Counted from the first letter of the stretch, positions 11,975 to 21,929 are shown. The stretch: DNA of 64,000 bases from Christensenellales bacterium (GCA_048394785.1 DBFJGL010000111.1:152-64151), one strand, 5' to 3'. A program made the numbers and translations. Notes: a model not told the origin generated them from the sequence alone.

Positions 11975-13438
11975 TTATTCCGTTTGAGCCGTTTCCTCTT
12001 GACCGTCTTCCTCCGCTGCGTTTTCTCGAACCGCTGCGTCTTCCGAAATCTCAGCTTCGTCAGCCGACGGAACGTCGTTTTGCGATATGGCTTCGTTGCG
12101 TTCCGCAAGCAGTCTTGCGCGCAGCTCCGGCTCTTTCTTCCTCACCAATATTGCGGGTATGAGCGTAAACGCAGTCATAATCGCCGCACCCAAGAACATT
12201 TCATACGGATAGAACAGCATTTCTTCTCCCGTTGCCGCGAAAACGTCGTACCAACCGTACTCGTTGATTATGGCGTTGCCTACCGCCGGTCCGATTATCA
12301 TCGGAAGCATAACGAACAAAAACATTCTGATGCCCTGGAAACAGCCTTCTTTACCCTTCGGGATATAATCGCGGAAAGAGGAAACGAACAATCCGCTTAT
12401 CGAAAGCTCGCACGCCATCGTGACGATGCCTGCGATGATGAGCATGGGCATAACTCCCTGCGCGGGCACAAACTTCATAAGATAAATGCACAGCGTTCCC
12501 ACCACGCACGCGACTACAAGCGGAATATAGAAATGATATTTGCCGAATTTGTCCATCAAAAATCCCAACACGCCGGCAAGTATCGCCGCGCATACGATAA
12601 TTACGCCGAGCGGGATAATATAGCCGCCGGGCAAATTGAGCGTACGCTCCACGAAATTTATGAGATAAGACATATAAACCTGCATACTCGCGCCGGCTAT
12701 GCCCGAGCCCAACAGCGCGATATACAGCATTTTGTTTTTCTTGATTACGGATGGGCGGAAGCCGTAAACGAGTTCCTTGCCGAAATTTGGATTTGTGTTT
12801 TTTGGCAAATCGGGCTTATCGCGCATTACGAACAAGCCGAATATGCCGCTTACGATGGGAATTGCGCCGAGAATTACGAAGAACAGCCACCAAGTGTCCT
12901 TGCCCTTTGCGGTAAGGCTGTCAAGCCCCACGAACACGACAACCATAGCAAACACGGGCATCATCGAAAGCACCGTATCCAACTTTCCCCTGTTGCTTGT
13001 GTCGGTCATATCCGTAACCCAGGTATTGAACGCCGCGTCGTTTGCGGAAGAACCCACCCAAGACATAACGCAGTCCATAATGATAATGCCTGCGACAATT
13101 CCGCCCAACTGTTCTTTAGAATAATCGAGCGGGAACAGAGCGAAAACCATTATGGTAATACCCCAGACGATAAACCCCCAGGACATTATCGGAGCTCGTT
13201 TGCCCGTCTTGTCGCACACCGCGCCCGTAACTATCGTTGCGGCGGTTGCGAATATGGCGGACAGAGCAACCATAAGCGTAGTTGCCCAAGCTTCGTCCAC
13301 AAACCTGTCTTGCATAAACTTTGCGAAATACATATTCTCGACCACCCAGGCAATCTGCCCGATAAGACCGAAAAATATCGCAAGAAACCAAATTTTGCCG
13401 CCTAACGGCGTAGTTTTAACTTTGTTTTCCGTTTTCAT
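11975..13438 (-). CDS. MFS-type transporter with an acidic C-terminal tail
   Basis: 487-aa ORF with about 12 hydrophobic segments and a general MFS appearance. Its soluble E/A-rich tail reads (...AEISEDAAVRENAAEEDGQEETAQTE). Substrate unknown. Confidence 0.7.
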   Translation of the reverse strand: MKTENKVKTTPLGGKIWFLAIFFGLIGQIAWVVENMYFAKFMQDRFVDEAWATTLMVALSAIFATAATIVTGAVCDKTGKRAPIMSWGFIVWGITIMVFALFPLDYSKEQLGGIVAGIIIMDCVMSWVGSSANDAAFNTWVTDMTDTSNRGKLDTVLSMMPVFAMVVVFVGLDSLTAKGKDTWWLFFVILGAIPIVSGIFGLFVMRDKPDLPKNTNPNFGKELVYGFRPSVIKKNKMLYIALLGSGIAGASMQVYMSYLINFVERTLNLPGGYIIPLGVIIVCAAILAGVLGFLMDKFGKYHFYIPLVVACVVGTLCIYLMKFVPAQGVMPMLIIAGIVTMACELSISGLFVSSFRDYIPKGKEGCFQGIRMFLFVMLPMIIGPAVGNAIINEYGWYDVFAATGEEMLFYPYEMFLGAAIMTAFTLIPAILVRKKEPELRARLLAERNEAISQNDVPSADEAEISEDAAVRENAAEEDGQEETAQTE

Positions 13439-13629
13439 ATTTTCCCCTTTATACTCAACAGTTTATAACTATAAAGTCGCAGTGTCAATACGCAATTTTG
13501 CACCGACGCCTATATTCGAATAAAAATTACGATTGTCTGTTTAATAAATACGAAATGATTGCGAAATGTTAATTAAATAAAAGCTTTCTGATAACGCGGT
13601 AATTTTTTCCATAAACTTTGTTTTGCATA

Positions 13630-13660
13630 AAACAAAACCGCGGTCAAGCCGCGGTTTCGA
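13630..13660 (-). terminator. Terminator downstream of the alcohol dehydrogenase gene
   Basis: Stem AAACCGCGG (13635-13643) pairs with CCGCGGTTT (13649-13657). On the minus strand it is followed by TTTTGTTTT. Confidence 0.7.
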
Positions 13661-13680
13661 AACACTGATTTTTGTATGTA

Positions 13681-14889
13681 TTACATTATCTTTTTGAACA
13701 TCGCCGTCAGTTCTTCCTCTCCCCAAAGCACGGGAACGGGATAAAGAGGATTGGCTTCCTTGGACGCACGCTTTACCATCGTGGGAATATCCTTTTCCTG
13801 AATCTGCCACTTGCCTTCGACCTTCTCGGGAATGTCCATATGCTTGTTCATATCGCGGATAGCCTGAATGAACTTGCCTGCTTTCTCCGCGTCGTCTTTG
13901 CCCTCGATGCCGACCGCGTCCGCAAGCTGAGCAAGCTTTTTATGAGCTTTCTCGCCGTATGCTTCGAGAACGTGGGGCAGAATGATGGAGTTGGCAAGAC
14001 CGTGGGGCACTCCGTAGAAACCGCCGAGAGTGTGCGCCATCGCGTGGACATAACCTACGTACGCTCTCGTGAACGCCATACCCGCAAGGAAGCTTGCGCG
14101 CTGCATCTTGCTTCTTGCTTCCATATCGCCGCCGTCGTCGTATGCTCTGACAAGATATTTGAAGATAAGCTGAGTCGCCTCAATGGCGTCGCGCTTTGTC
14201 TTTGCGGTATTCTCGCTTCCGATATACGCTTCAACCGCGTGAGTGAGCGCGTCGATACCCGTCGTAGACGTAATGGGCTTGGGAAGTCCCTTGGTGAGCG
14301 TCGGGTCCATCACCGCATAATGGGGAATGAGCACGGGGTCGTTGATGGGATACTTCTCGTGAGTGTCGGGGTTGGATATAACCGCAGCAAGCGTAGCCTC
14401 GCTGCCCGTACCCGAAGTGGTGGGAATGGCAATGAGCGGAGGAAGCTTTTTCATAACTTTCAAGACGCCTTTCATTTTGGATATGGGCTTGTTGGGTCTT
14501 GCGACTCTCGCGCCTATACCCTTTGCGCAGTCCATTGGCGAACCGCCGCCGAACGCGATGATGTTGTCGCAGTTGTTGTCCTTATAGATTTTAAGACCTT
14601 CTTCTATATTGGTTATCGTGGGGTTGGGCACGACCTTGTCGTAAACCTGCACCGCGATACCTTCGGCTTTAAGTCCCTCGATCAAAGGAGTGACCATACC
14701 GAGTCCCATAAGCATTGAGTCGGTTACTATAAGAGAGCTTTTCCAGCCCTTGCTTTTGGCAAATGCTGGGAGCTTCAAGAGGCTGCCGTCGCCGGACAGC
14801 TGCTCGGGCTCTCTCCAAGGAAGGAAAAACTCTGCGACGTACATTACTCTCTGATAAATTCTGCAATACGCCTTGAAAAAGATGTTCAT
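13681..14889 (-). CDS. Iron-containing (group III) alcohol dehydrogenase
   Basis: 402-aa ORF with GGGSPMDCAKG, TTSGTGSE and the metal-binding region HAMAHTLGGFYGVPHG. Confidence 0.88.
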   Translation of the reverse strand: MNIFFKAYCRIYQRVMYVAEFFLPWREPEQLSGDGSLLKLPAFAKSKGWKSSLIVTDSMLMGLGMVTPLIEGLKAEGIAVQVYDKVVPNPTITNIEEGLKIYKDNNCDNIIAFGGGSPMDCAKGIGARVARPNKPISKMKGVLKVMKKLPPLIAIPTTSGTGSEATLAAVISNPDTHEKYPINDPVLIPHYAVMDPTLTKGLPKPITSTTGIDALTHAVEAYIGSENTAKTKRDAIEATQLIFKYLVRAYDDGGDMEARSKMQRASFLAGMAFTRAYVGYVHAMAHTLGGFYGVPHGLANSIILPHVLEAYGEKAHKKLAQLADAVGIEGKDDAEKAGKFIQAIRDMNKHMDIPEKVEGKWQIQEKDIPTMVKRASKEANPLYPVPVLWGEEELTAMFKKIM

Positions 14890-14989
14890 AATCTGCCTCC
14901 GATAAATCCTTTATGTATGCTTATATTTTGAATTATGCCGACAACCGCGATTGACGAAATATCGTGCGATTGACGGCAAAATCCTCTAA

Positions 14990-15019
14990 GCGTTAATAAA
15001 GCCCACAACCGTGGGCTTT
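14990..15019 (-). terminator. Terminator downstream of gap
   Basis: Stem AAAGCCCAC/GTGGGCTTT with a 4-nt loop. On the minus strand it is followed by TTTATTAA. Confidence 0.65.
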
Positions 15020-15029
15020 ACGCGATTTC

Positions 15030-16049
15030 TTACAGTTCTGCGAAATACTTGATTGTGCGAACCATCTGAGAGGTGTAGCTGTTCTCGTTGTCGTACCAGC
15101 TGACTACCTGAACCTCGGTGGTGTCGTTTTCCGCGATGTACTTGACCATGGTCTGAGTTGCGTCGAACAGAGAACCGTAGGTGATGCCGACCACGTCGCT
15201 GGACACGATTTCTTCCTCATTGTAACCGAAGGAATCGGATGCCGCCGCTTTCATAGCCGCGTTGATTGCGTCCACCGTCACGTTGCCTTCGCAAACCGCC
15301 ACGAGAATGGTGGTGGAACCGGTGGGTACGGGCACGCGCTGCGCGCTGCCGATAAGTTTGCCGTTAAGCTCGGGAATAACAAGACCGATTGCCTTCGCCG
15401 CGCCCGTGCTGTTGGGGACGATGTTTACCGCCGCCGCGCGCGCTCTTCTGAGGTCGCCCTTACGGTGCGGTCCGTCAAGAACCATCTGGTCGCCGGTGTA
15501 TGCGTGAATGGTGCTCATGATACCCGCCTTGATGGGAGCAAGCTTGTTGAGAGTCGCAGCCATGGGAGCAAGGCAGTTGGTGGTGCAGGACGCTGCGGAA
15601 ATGATTGCGTCGTCCTTGGTCAAAGTCTTCTCGTTGACGCTGTAAACGATGGTGGGAAGGTCGTTGCCCGCGGGAGCGGAGATGACGACTTTCTTTGCGC
15701 CGGCGTCGATGTGAGCCTGCGCCTTTGCCTTGGAGGTGTAGAAGCCCGTGCATTCGAGCACGACGTCAACGCCAACCTCTTTCCAGGGAAGGTCTGCCGC
15801 GTTCTTTTCGGCGTAGATTTTGATTTCTTTGCCGTCGACTACGATTGCGCCCTCTTTTGCCTCAACCTTGTCTGCGAGCGCGTATTTGCCCTGCGCGCTG
15901 TCGTATTTGAGAAGGTGCGCGAGCATCTTCGCGTCGGTAAGGTCGTTGATAGCGACGATTTCATAGCCTGCCGCGCCGAACATCTGTCTGAACGCAAGAC
16001 GGCCTATTCTGCCAAAACCATTGATAGCAACTCTGACGTTTTTTGCCAT
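15030..16049 (-). CDS. gap: Type I glyceraldehyde-3-phosphate dehydrogenase
   Basis: Motifs INGFGRIGR, the catalytic SCTTNCLAP and WYDNE. I prefer the start at 16049 (MAKNVRV) because GGAGGA lies 8 nt upstream. The longest ORF starts at 16064. Confidence 0.95.
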   Translation of the reverse strand: MAKNVRVAINGFGRIGRLAFRQMFGAAGYEIVAINDLTDAKMLAHLLKYDSAQGKYALADKVEAKEGAIVVDGKEIKIYAEKNAADLPWKEVGVDVVLECTGFYTSKAKAQAHIDAGAKKVVISAPAGNDLPTIVYSVNEKTLTKDDAIISAASCTTNCLAPMAATLNKLAPIKAGIMSTIHAYTGDQMVLDGPHRKGDLRRARAAAVNIVPNSTGAAKAIGLVIPELNGKLIGSAQRVPVPTGSTTILVAVCEGNVTVDAINAAMKAAASDSFGYNEEEIVSSDVVGITYGSLFDATQTMVKYIAENDTTEVQVVSWYDNENSYTSQMVRTIKYFAEL

Positions 16050-16286
16050 TATTAAATCCTCCAAAGGGTGTGTTTTTAATTTACGGCGCGCCTTGACGGC
16101 GGCAACCGATACTTTTTAAGTATTTTACAATTATTCGCGATAAAAGACAAGCAAAATCAACCACTTTTTTAATTATATCGATAATAATATATCTAATTTA
16201 TATATTAACGTAATAATGCTTGACTGTTGCCTGCGGTTTAATTTCGGTCTCGGACGGTTTAACGCGGCGCAAAGCCGCTTGTACAA

Positions 16287-17360
16287 TCAGTCTGCAAGCA
16301 AAACTATCTTCCCCGTCGCGAGCACGCTTATCAAATCGGCAAACCAGAAAACCGCGAAAAACGGAATTGACAGAAGCGCGCCGTACATCGTGGAACGTCT
16401 GCCGCGCTCGCCGTAACGGATAACCCTGTAAACGAAGGGCATTATCCAGCCGAAAAACAAAACGATGAACGTCTTTTCCGTTCTGCTCATTTCGTCGAAC
16501 GCGCGCGAGCCCTCGTACGGCTTGAAATCCTGCTCTATCGGCAACTTGACTATAAAAGTCGTGCCCTTGCCCTTTTTGCTTTTCGCGCTTATTTTCCCGC
16601 CGTGACGCTCCACTATCTCCTTTGCGATATACAGTCCCAGTCCCGAGCCGGAAGCGGACGCAGGACGGGACGCGTCTTCCATATAAAACTTGTCGAAAAC
16701 GTAAGGCAGGTTTTTCTTTTCTATGCCGCTGCCAGTATCCGCCACCTTTACCGTGAGATAAGAGTTTGAACGGGAAAAGGATACCGTTATACTCCCTTCC
16801 GCAGGGGTATATTTAACCGCGTTGGAGATAATGTTCTGAAACACTCTCGCCATATCCTTCGCGTCTATACGCAGGTTTGCTTTGGGCGCTTTGCGCGCCT
16901 TGAAGCGCACGCCTTTCTGCGCCGCCAATGGCGAGAGTTTGTTGAAGATATTGCCGAAATACTGCCTCGCGTCAATCCGCTCCAACCGCAGATTTTCAAT
17001 CATCTCCTGTCGGGAACTCTCCACGAGTCCCAAAACCATCTCGTTCATATCCTCGACCTTTTTGAGTATGAGCGAAGTATAATCCTTGTCGGAAATGCCG
17101 TCCTGCAAGCACTCTGCATACCCCGATATTACGGCAAGAGGGGTTTTCAAATCGTGCGTAACGCTAGCCACCGCGGTTTTGTTTTTTATGTTCTGCTCCT
17201 GCGCTTTGTCGCGCTCGCTGACTATGGCAAGGCGCACCTCCTCGAGCTTGGTCATCATCATACGCCTGCGCCCCGTGCCGCGGATTTCCACGGGCGTGTA
17301 TATATCGCCGTTGATAATTTTCTGTTCGGCGGCAATCATATCCTCGTAAATACGCGCCAT
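16287..17360 (-). CDS. Sensor histidine kinase with HisKA plus HATPase_c domains, no N-terminal sensor or TM region, and two C-terminal hydrophobic segments
   Basis: H-box SVTHDLKTPLAVISGY, N-box NIISNAVKYTP, G-boxes DTGSGI and GSGLGLYIAKEIV. The tail carries FIVLFFGWIMPFVYRVI and GALLSIPFFAVFWFADLISVLATG. Confidence 0.85.
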   Translation of the reverse strand: MARIYEDMIAAEQKIINGDIYTPVEIRGTGRRRMMMTKLEEVRLAIVSERDKAQEQNIKNKTAVASVTHDLKTPLAVISGYAECLQDGISDKDYTSLILKKVEDMNEMVLGLVESSRQEMIENLRLERIDARQYFGNIFNKLSPLAAQKGVRFKARKAPKANLRIDAKDMARVFQNIISNAVKYTPAEGSITVSFSRSNSYLTVKVADTGSGIEKKNLPYVFDKFYMEDASRPASASGSGLGLYIAKEIVERHGGKISAKSKKGKGTTFIVKLPIEQDFKPYEGSRAFDEMSRTEKTFIVLFFGWIMPFVYRVIRYGERGRRSTMYGALLSIPFFAVFWFADLISVLATGKIVLLAD

Positions 17361-17369
17361 ATCAACCTC

Positions 17370-18056
17370 TCAGTCCTGCCATTTATAGCCTAAACCCCAT
17401 ACCGTAACGACGTTGCTTATGCCTGCCTTTTGCAGTTTTTCTCTCAATCTGGCAACCGTAACCGACACGGTATTTTCGTCTATATATTCTTCAATGCCCC
17501 ACACCGCGTCGATAATTCTTTGCTTGGAAAATATCTGATTGGCATTTAACGTGAGCAAATCGAGCAGCTTAAACTCCTTTTGCGTCAAATTGAGCGTTGT
17601 GCCGTTAACTTTTGCCATACGGCTTTCGGGACACACGACAAGCTCTCCGTATATTCTGTCGCCCGCGGGCGGCTTTGCGAGGTCGTAGAATCTCCGCAAC
17701 TGCGCGCCCACCCTGCAAACCATCTCCTTGAAAGAAAACGGTTTGGTAATATAATCGTCCGCACCCAGCTCGAACAGCCTTATTTTGTCCTCCTCGGCGA
17801 CCTTTGCGGACACCACGATAATGGGTATATTCATTTTTCTGCGCAGCTCCGAGCATACCTCGTAGCCGTCTTTTAACGGCATCATTATATCGAGAAGAAG
17901 CAAATCCGGCAAAAGCTTTGTGGCAAGCTCGACCGCCTGCACGCCGTCGTACGCCTGATAAACGATGTGCCCCGCGTTCATCAGATAGTTGCGCATCATA
18001 TCCGAAATTTCGGTATTGTCCTCGGCTATAAGTATCTTTCTCATATGCTCTCTCAC
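17370..18056 (-). CDS. OmpR/PhoB-family DNA-binding response regulator
   Basis: 228-aa ORF with a receiver domain (KILIAEDN, LLLDIMMP, SAK) and a winged-helix C terminus (LTQKEFKLLDLL...GLGYKW). Confidence 0.9.
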   Translation of the reverse strand: MREHMRKILIAEDNTEISDMMRNYLMNAGHIVYQAYDGVQAVELATKLLPDLLLLDIMMPLKDGYEVCSELRRKMNIPIIVVSAKVAEEDKIRLFELGADDYITKPFSFKEMVCRVGAQLRRFYDLAKPPAGDRIYGELVVCPESRMAKVNGTTLNLTQKEFKLLDLLTLNANQIFSKQRIIDAVWGIEEYIDENTVSVTVARLREKLQKAGISNVVTVWGLGYKWQD

Positions 18057-18964
18057 TCTCCTTCAAGCTTCGATATTATTTTACCGCATTCTTCGCGATT
18101 GGCAACAATTTTTTCTTCGGCGTCCGCGAAGTATCTCTCGTACGCCTTTTTGCAGTATTTCGAATGCTTCTCTTTATCCGACGCGTCCGCGCCTTCGAAG
18201 TCGTACGCGCCGTTGACTTTCCACGCGTTGAGCAGCCCTATCGATATCGCGTTTTTCGGACAGCTGAAATAGCACCCTCCGCACAGCACGCAGTCCCCTC
18301 CGAACACAACCTTGCCGCCGTCTGTTTTTATATTGTTTGCGGGACATATTTTTTCGCAGAGCCCGCATCCGACGCATTTATCCGCGTCCGCCTTGAAAAT
18401 TCTGCCGTTCACTCCCGCAAACTTATGTTCCACTCTGAACAGCGCGGTTACGGGCTTTGACATACGCACGGGCGCAGGTATCCGTCCGTCGCCGTCAAGC
18501 ACTTCGTCGGCGTTTATCGGAGCAAGTCCTTTTAACGCGCGCCACATTTTGCCTACGGTTTCGCCCGAATGTCGGAATATCATATTGTACGGCATTGCGT
18601 AACGGTATTCGCCCGCGAGACCGTAACCCTTACGTGACATAATATCGCGCAGTTTGTTTGAAGACGCGTCGTTGAGTCTTACGGGTTCTCCAGCAGTTTT
18701 TACAATAAAATATTTTCTGCCGTGCGCCTCGGGCAACGCCTTGGCAAGCGTAAGCACGGGTTCGGGAGCGTTGAACGCGTGTATGGGATATGCAATGCCC
18801 ATATAATCGTAATCGTCGGGTTGCGGAATATTTTCGGGCTGAGCTTTTATTCGGTAAATCTCGGTTTCGACTCCTCTTTCGCGAAATCTGTCTGCAAACA
18901 GTTCCGCCGCCTTTTTGGTGTTGCCCGTGCCCGAAAAAACATATATTACGGCTCTCTTGCTCAT
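18053..18964 (-). CDS. Flavodoxin-like plus 2x[4Fe-4S] ferredoxin-domain protein (EFR1-type)
   Basis: N terminus VIYVFSGTGNTKKAAE (flavodoxin-like). The C terminus carries CVGCGLCEKICP and CVLCGGCYFSCP cluster motifs. Its stop overlaps the response-regulator start (ATGA). Confidence 0.75.
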   Translation of the reverse strand: MSKRAVIYVFSGTGNTKKAAELFADRFRERGVETEIYRIKAQPENIPQPDDYDYMGIAYPIHAFNAPEPVLTLAKALPEAHGRKYFIVKTAGEPVRLNDASSNKLRDIMSRKGYGLAGEYRYAMPYNMIFRHSGETVGKMWRALKGLAPINADEVLDGDGRIPAPVRMSKPVTALFRVEHKFAGVNGRIFKADADKCVGCGLCEKICPANNIKTDGGKVVFGGDCVLCGGCYFSCPKNAISIGLLNAWKVNGAYDFEGADASDKEKHSKYCKKAYERYFADAEEKIVANREECGKIISKLEGE

Positions 18965-20562
18965 ATCGCCGCCTCCCTTTCCGTCGGGCTCACCCCGTCG
19001 GGAGTAAATCGCGTAAATCTCGCTTTACCGCTTTTGTCGAAATAATAAGTGCAGTTTTCGCCGTGCGAATGCGTGTCGTACCACACCTGCGCGAAGAACG
19101 GCATAAGTTTGGACAGCCTGTCGAAATCCCACGGTTCGGGCTGACAGCACACGGGACACCAATGTCCGGCTTTCAACACGGTATAAGGAGTTGCCGAAAA
19201 CTCGTGCCCGTCGCAGCACTTCCACCTGAGAGGCGTATACAAATCGCCTTTTGTCATACTCTCTGACAAACACTCCCCTCCGCGGAACGCCGCCGCCTCT
19301 TTCATATCCTCTATGCCGAGCTCGGAGTCGGGTTTGCTCTCGTCGTATCCGTGCGACAAAATCAGCTTTTGCGCCTGTTTAACGTCGCGCAGCTGTTCGT
19401 AGTCGATAAACGCGTCCGCAAGTTCGCCCTTAGCGAGCACCGCGTAATCCTTCCAATCGCGCGGCATACATTCGAGGTTTTCCCTGCTGCCGAAATACGC
19501 CGCGATTTTACCTGCGTCGCCTCTGCGCACCCATTCCGTAGGCGAGTTTTCATCGGGAAGCAGACGTTTGATTGCAAAAGCCGAAATCAGCGACGGCGGC
19601 ACGAATCTGCCGAGCTTATAAATCGCGTGTTTGTCAAAAAGCCGCTTCCAATGCTCGGATATGCTCTCAGTTATGTACGGGAACATCTTGTCGAGCACGT
19701 CGCCGTCGTAAAACCACAAACCGTGAAAATTACGGATTGAGTTCCAACCCGGATTCATAAGACTCTCCGCCGAGCCGCCGATGTGTTTGAACCCCTCGTT
19801 GAACGTATCATACCCCGTGCAGCGGTTTTTATCGCCGCCGCCGATGTTATACACCCTGCGCCAGAACTCTTTTGCTCCGTCTTCCGCGTCGCTCTCCAAT
19901 ATCCTGCGGATAAGCACTCCGCTGTCACGCGCCGTAACCCATTCGAGCGGCACGTTGAAACAGGTGTGGAACATAAGTCCGTCGCGCATATTGTCCGAAA
20001 ACATATTATCGTGAAGCATTGCCGTCTGTCTGAGAATTGCCCAATGTTTCAGCCCGCTTTCAAGCACTATGCGCTCCGCTTTCACCTTGTTTGCGGCATA
20101 CAAATCGTACACGCTCGGAAGCAGCGGATCGCCCACTCTGCCCCACGGGTGCAGATAATTGCGGTTTCCGTACACCGCAACCGAAGAAATATGCACCAAT
20201 TTAGGCTTGTTTTCGCTCTTTGAAATAATTTCGACAATATTTTTCACTCCCACGTAATTACACAATCTCGTCTTTTCGGGTTCGTGGTCGGAAAGGGGCG
20301 GAATGACCGCCGCCAGATTAAAGATATAATCCGCTCCGTCAAGCAATCTCTTGACGATATTTATGTCGGAAATATCTCCGACAAACGCCTCCACTTTGCC
20401 TTTCCCCTCTTTTACCGCGCTTTTTGCAAACGCTATATCTTTTTGAGAATTGCAAACGAGAATCCTGATTTTGTCCGTCACGGTGCTTTCCGCAAGCTGT
20501 TTAAGGGTTTCTCTGCCCATATTGCCGCTTGCGCCCGTAAGTGCCACGCATACTTTTTTCAT
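18961..20562 (-). CDS. NAD(P)-dependent epimerase/dehydratase (extended SDR) family protein with a roughly 200-aa Cys-rich C-terminal extension
   Basis: N-terminal Rossmann motif ALTGASGNMG and the YxxxK-type region YAANKVKAE. The C terminus carries WKCCDGHEF...HWCPVCC (zinc-ribbon-like). Its stop overlaps the next gene's start (ATGA). Confidence 0.65.
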   Translation of the reverse strand: MKKVCVALTGASGNMGRETLKQLAESTVTDKIRILVCNSQKDIAFAKSAVKEGKGKVEAFVGDISDINIVKRLLDGADYIFNLAAVIPPLSDHEPEKTRLCNYVGVKNIVEIISKSENKPKLVHISSVAVYGNRNYLHPWGRVGDPLLPSVYDLYAANKVKAERIVLESGLKHWAILRQTAMLHDNMFSDNMRDGLMFHTCFNVPLEWVTARDSGVLIRRILESDAEDGAKEFWRRVYNIGGGDKNRCTGYDTFNEGFKHIGGSAESLMNPGWNSIRNFHGLWFYDGDVLDKMFPYITESISEHWKRLFDKHAIYKLGRFVPPSLISAFAIKRLLPDENSPTEWVRRGDAGKIAAYFGSRENLECMPRDWKDYAVLAKGELADAFIDYEQLRDVKQAQKLILSHGYDESKPDSELGIEDMKEAAAFRGGECLSESMTKGDLYTPLRWKCCDGHEFSATPYTVLKAGHWCPVCCQPEPWDFDRLSKLMPFFAQVWYDTHSHGENCTYYFDKSGKARFTRFTPDGVSPTEREAAI

Positions 20563-20640
20563 AACGACCTCCTGTCTACGTCTTTATGTTGCGCCGCAAT
20601 TCTTACCGCATTATGACAAAATTCTTACAAATTCATTACA

Positions 20641-20671
20641 ATATAAAAGCGGCTCTCTACGAACCGCTTTT
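20641..20671 (-). terminator. Terminator downstream of the M29 aminopeptidase gene
   Basis: Stem AAAAGCGG/CCGCTTTT with an 11-nt loop. On the minus strand it is followed by TTTTATAT. Confidence 0.6.
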
Positions 20672-20810
20672 ACGTTATTAACGCATAATCATTATCGCTT
20701 TTATTTTGGTTATTTAATAAATATTTACGCTTATATCGCGCGCCGCGCTTTGCCTGCCGCCTTCTGCCCCTTCGCCGCCGTTTGCATAACGATTTTATCG
20801 CACCTCCCGA

Positions 20811-21929
20811 TTATTTCAGGTTTTCGGAGTTCAGACATTCGAGCTCGGGGAGCACAAATCTTCCGTCCTTTCTGACAAGCGCGTCGTCGAACCATATCTC
20901 GCCGCCGCCGTATTCGGGAGTTTGCACAAGCACCAAATCCCAATGCACCGCGCTCTTATTGCCGTTGTACGCGTCGTCGTAGCACGCGCCCGGCGTAAAG
21001 TGTATCGAACCCGAAATTTTTTCGTCGAACAATATGTCGCCTATCGCCTTGGTGACGTACGGGTTTACGCCTATCGCAAATTCGCCCACGTATCTCGCTC
21101 CCTCGTCGGTGTCGAAAACGGCTGTCGCTTTTTCGGTATTATTGGCGGATATATCGACAATTTTTCCGTTCTCAAAGCGCAGACTCACGTTCTCGAAACG
21201 GAAACCGTTTTCAATGGACGCCACGTTATAGCTTATCTTTCCGTTTACGCTGTCGCGCACGGGAGCGGTGTAAATCTCTCCGTCGGGTATATTGCAATGT
21301 CCCGAACATTTTACGGCGGGCATACCCTTAATCGAGAACGTAAGGTCGGTATCTTTTGCGACAATTCTCACCTTATCCGTTCTCTCCATAAGATTTTTCA
21401 AAGGCTCCATCGCCTCGTCCATTTTGCGGTAATCGAGGCAGCATACGTTAAAATAATAGTCTTCAAACGCCTCCGTGCTCATTCCCGCAAGCTGACTCAT
21501 TCCCTCCGTAGGGTATCTCAGAATAACCCAACGCGTCTTTTTTACTCTTATATTGTGATGAACTTTTATGGCGTAAAGACGGTCGTAATCCTGCATATTC
21601 TTTTCGGGAACGTCGCTTAACTCATATGAGTTGTTTCCGCCGCGTATGCCGATATAGCAATCCATCTTATCCATAAACGCCGCGTCGCGCTCCGCCCATA
21701 TGTCGAGCAGTTCGGGAGTCGCGCCCTTCAACAGCTCGCGGTGAATGCGGTTATCCTTTATGTGTACAAACGGAAGTCCGCCGGCTTCGTAAATTTCGCG
21801 CACCAAAAGCGCGACAAGCTGATAATCGCAGCCCGAAGCGTCAATCCATACTTTATCGCCCTTTCCGACCGACACCGAATATCTGACCAAATTTCTTGCC
21901 AACACCTGTTGTCTGTTATCCTGTATCAT
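20811..21929 (-). CDS. Aminopeptidase, M29 (PepS/AmpS) family
   Basis: Full-length resemblance to thermophilic metalloprotease M29 (…NIPDGEIYTAP…, GEFAIG, DEK..GSIHFTPG). I prefer the start at 21929 (MIQDNRQQ) because GGAGG lies 5-6 nt upstream. Confidence 0.85.
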   Translation of the reverse strand: MIQDNRQQVLARNLVRYSVSVGKGDKVWIDASGCDYQLVALLVREIYEAGGLPFVHIKDNRIHRELLKGATPELLDIWAERDAAFMDKMDCYIGIRGGNNSYELSDVPEKNMQDYDRLYAIKVHHNIRVKKTRWVILRYPTEGMSQLAGMSTEAFEDYYFNVCCLDYRKMDEAMEPLKNLMERTDKVRIVAKDTDLTFSIKGMPAVKCSGHCNIPDGEIYTAPVRDSVNGKISYNVASIENGFRFENVSLRFENGKIVDISANNTEKATAVFDTDEGARYVGEFAIGVNPYVTKAIGDILFDEKISGSIHFTPGACYDDAYNGNKSAVHWDLVLVQTPEYGGGEIWFDDALVRKDGRFVLPELECLNSENLK

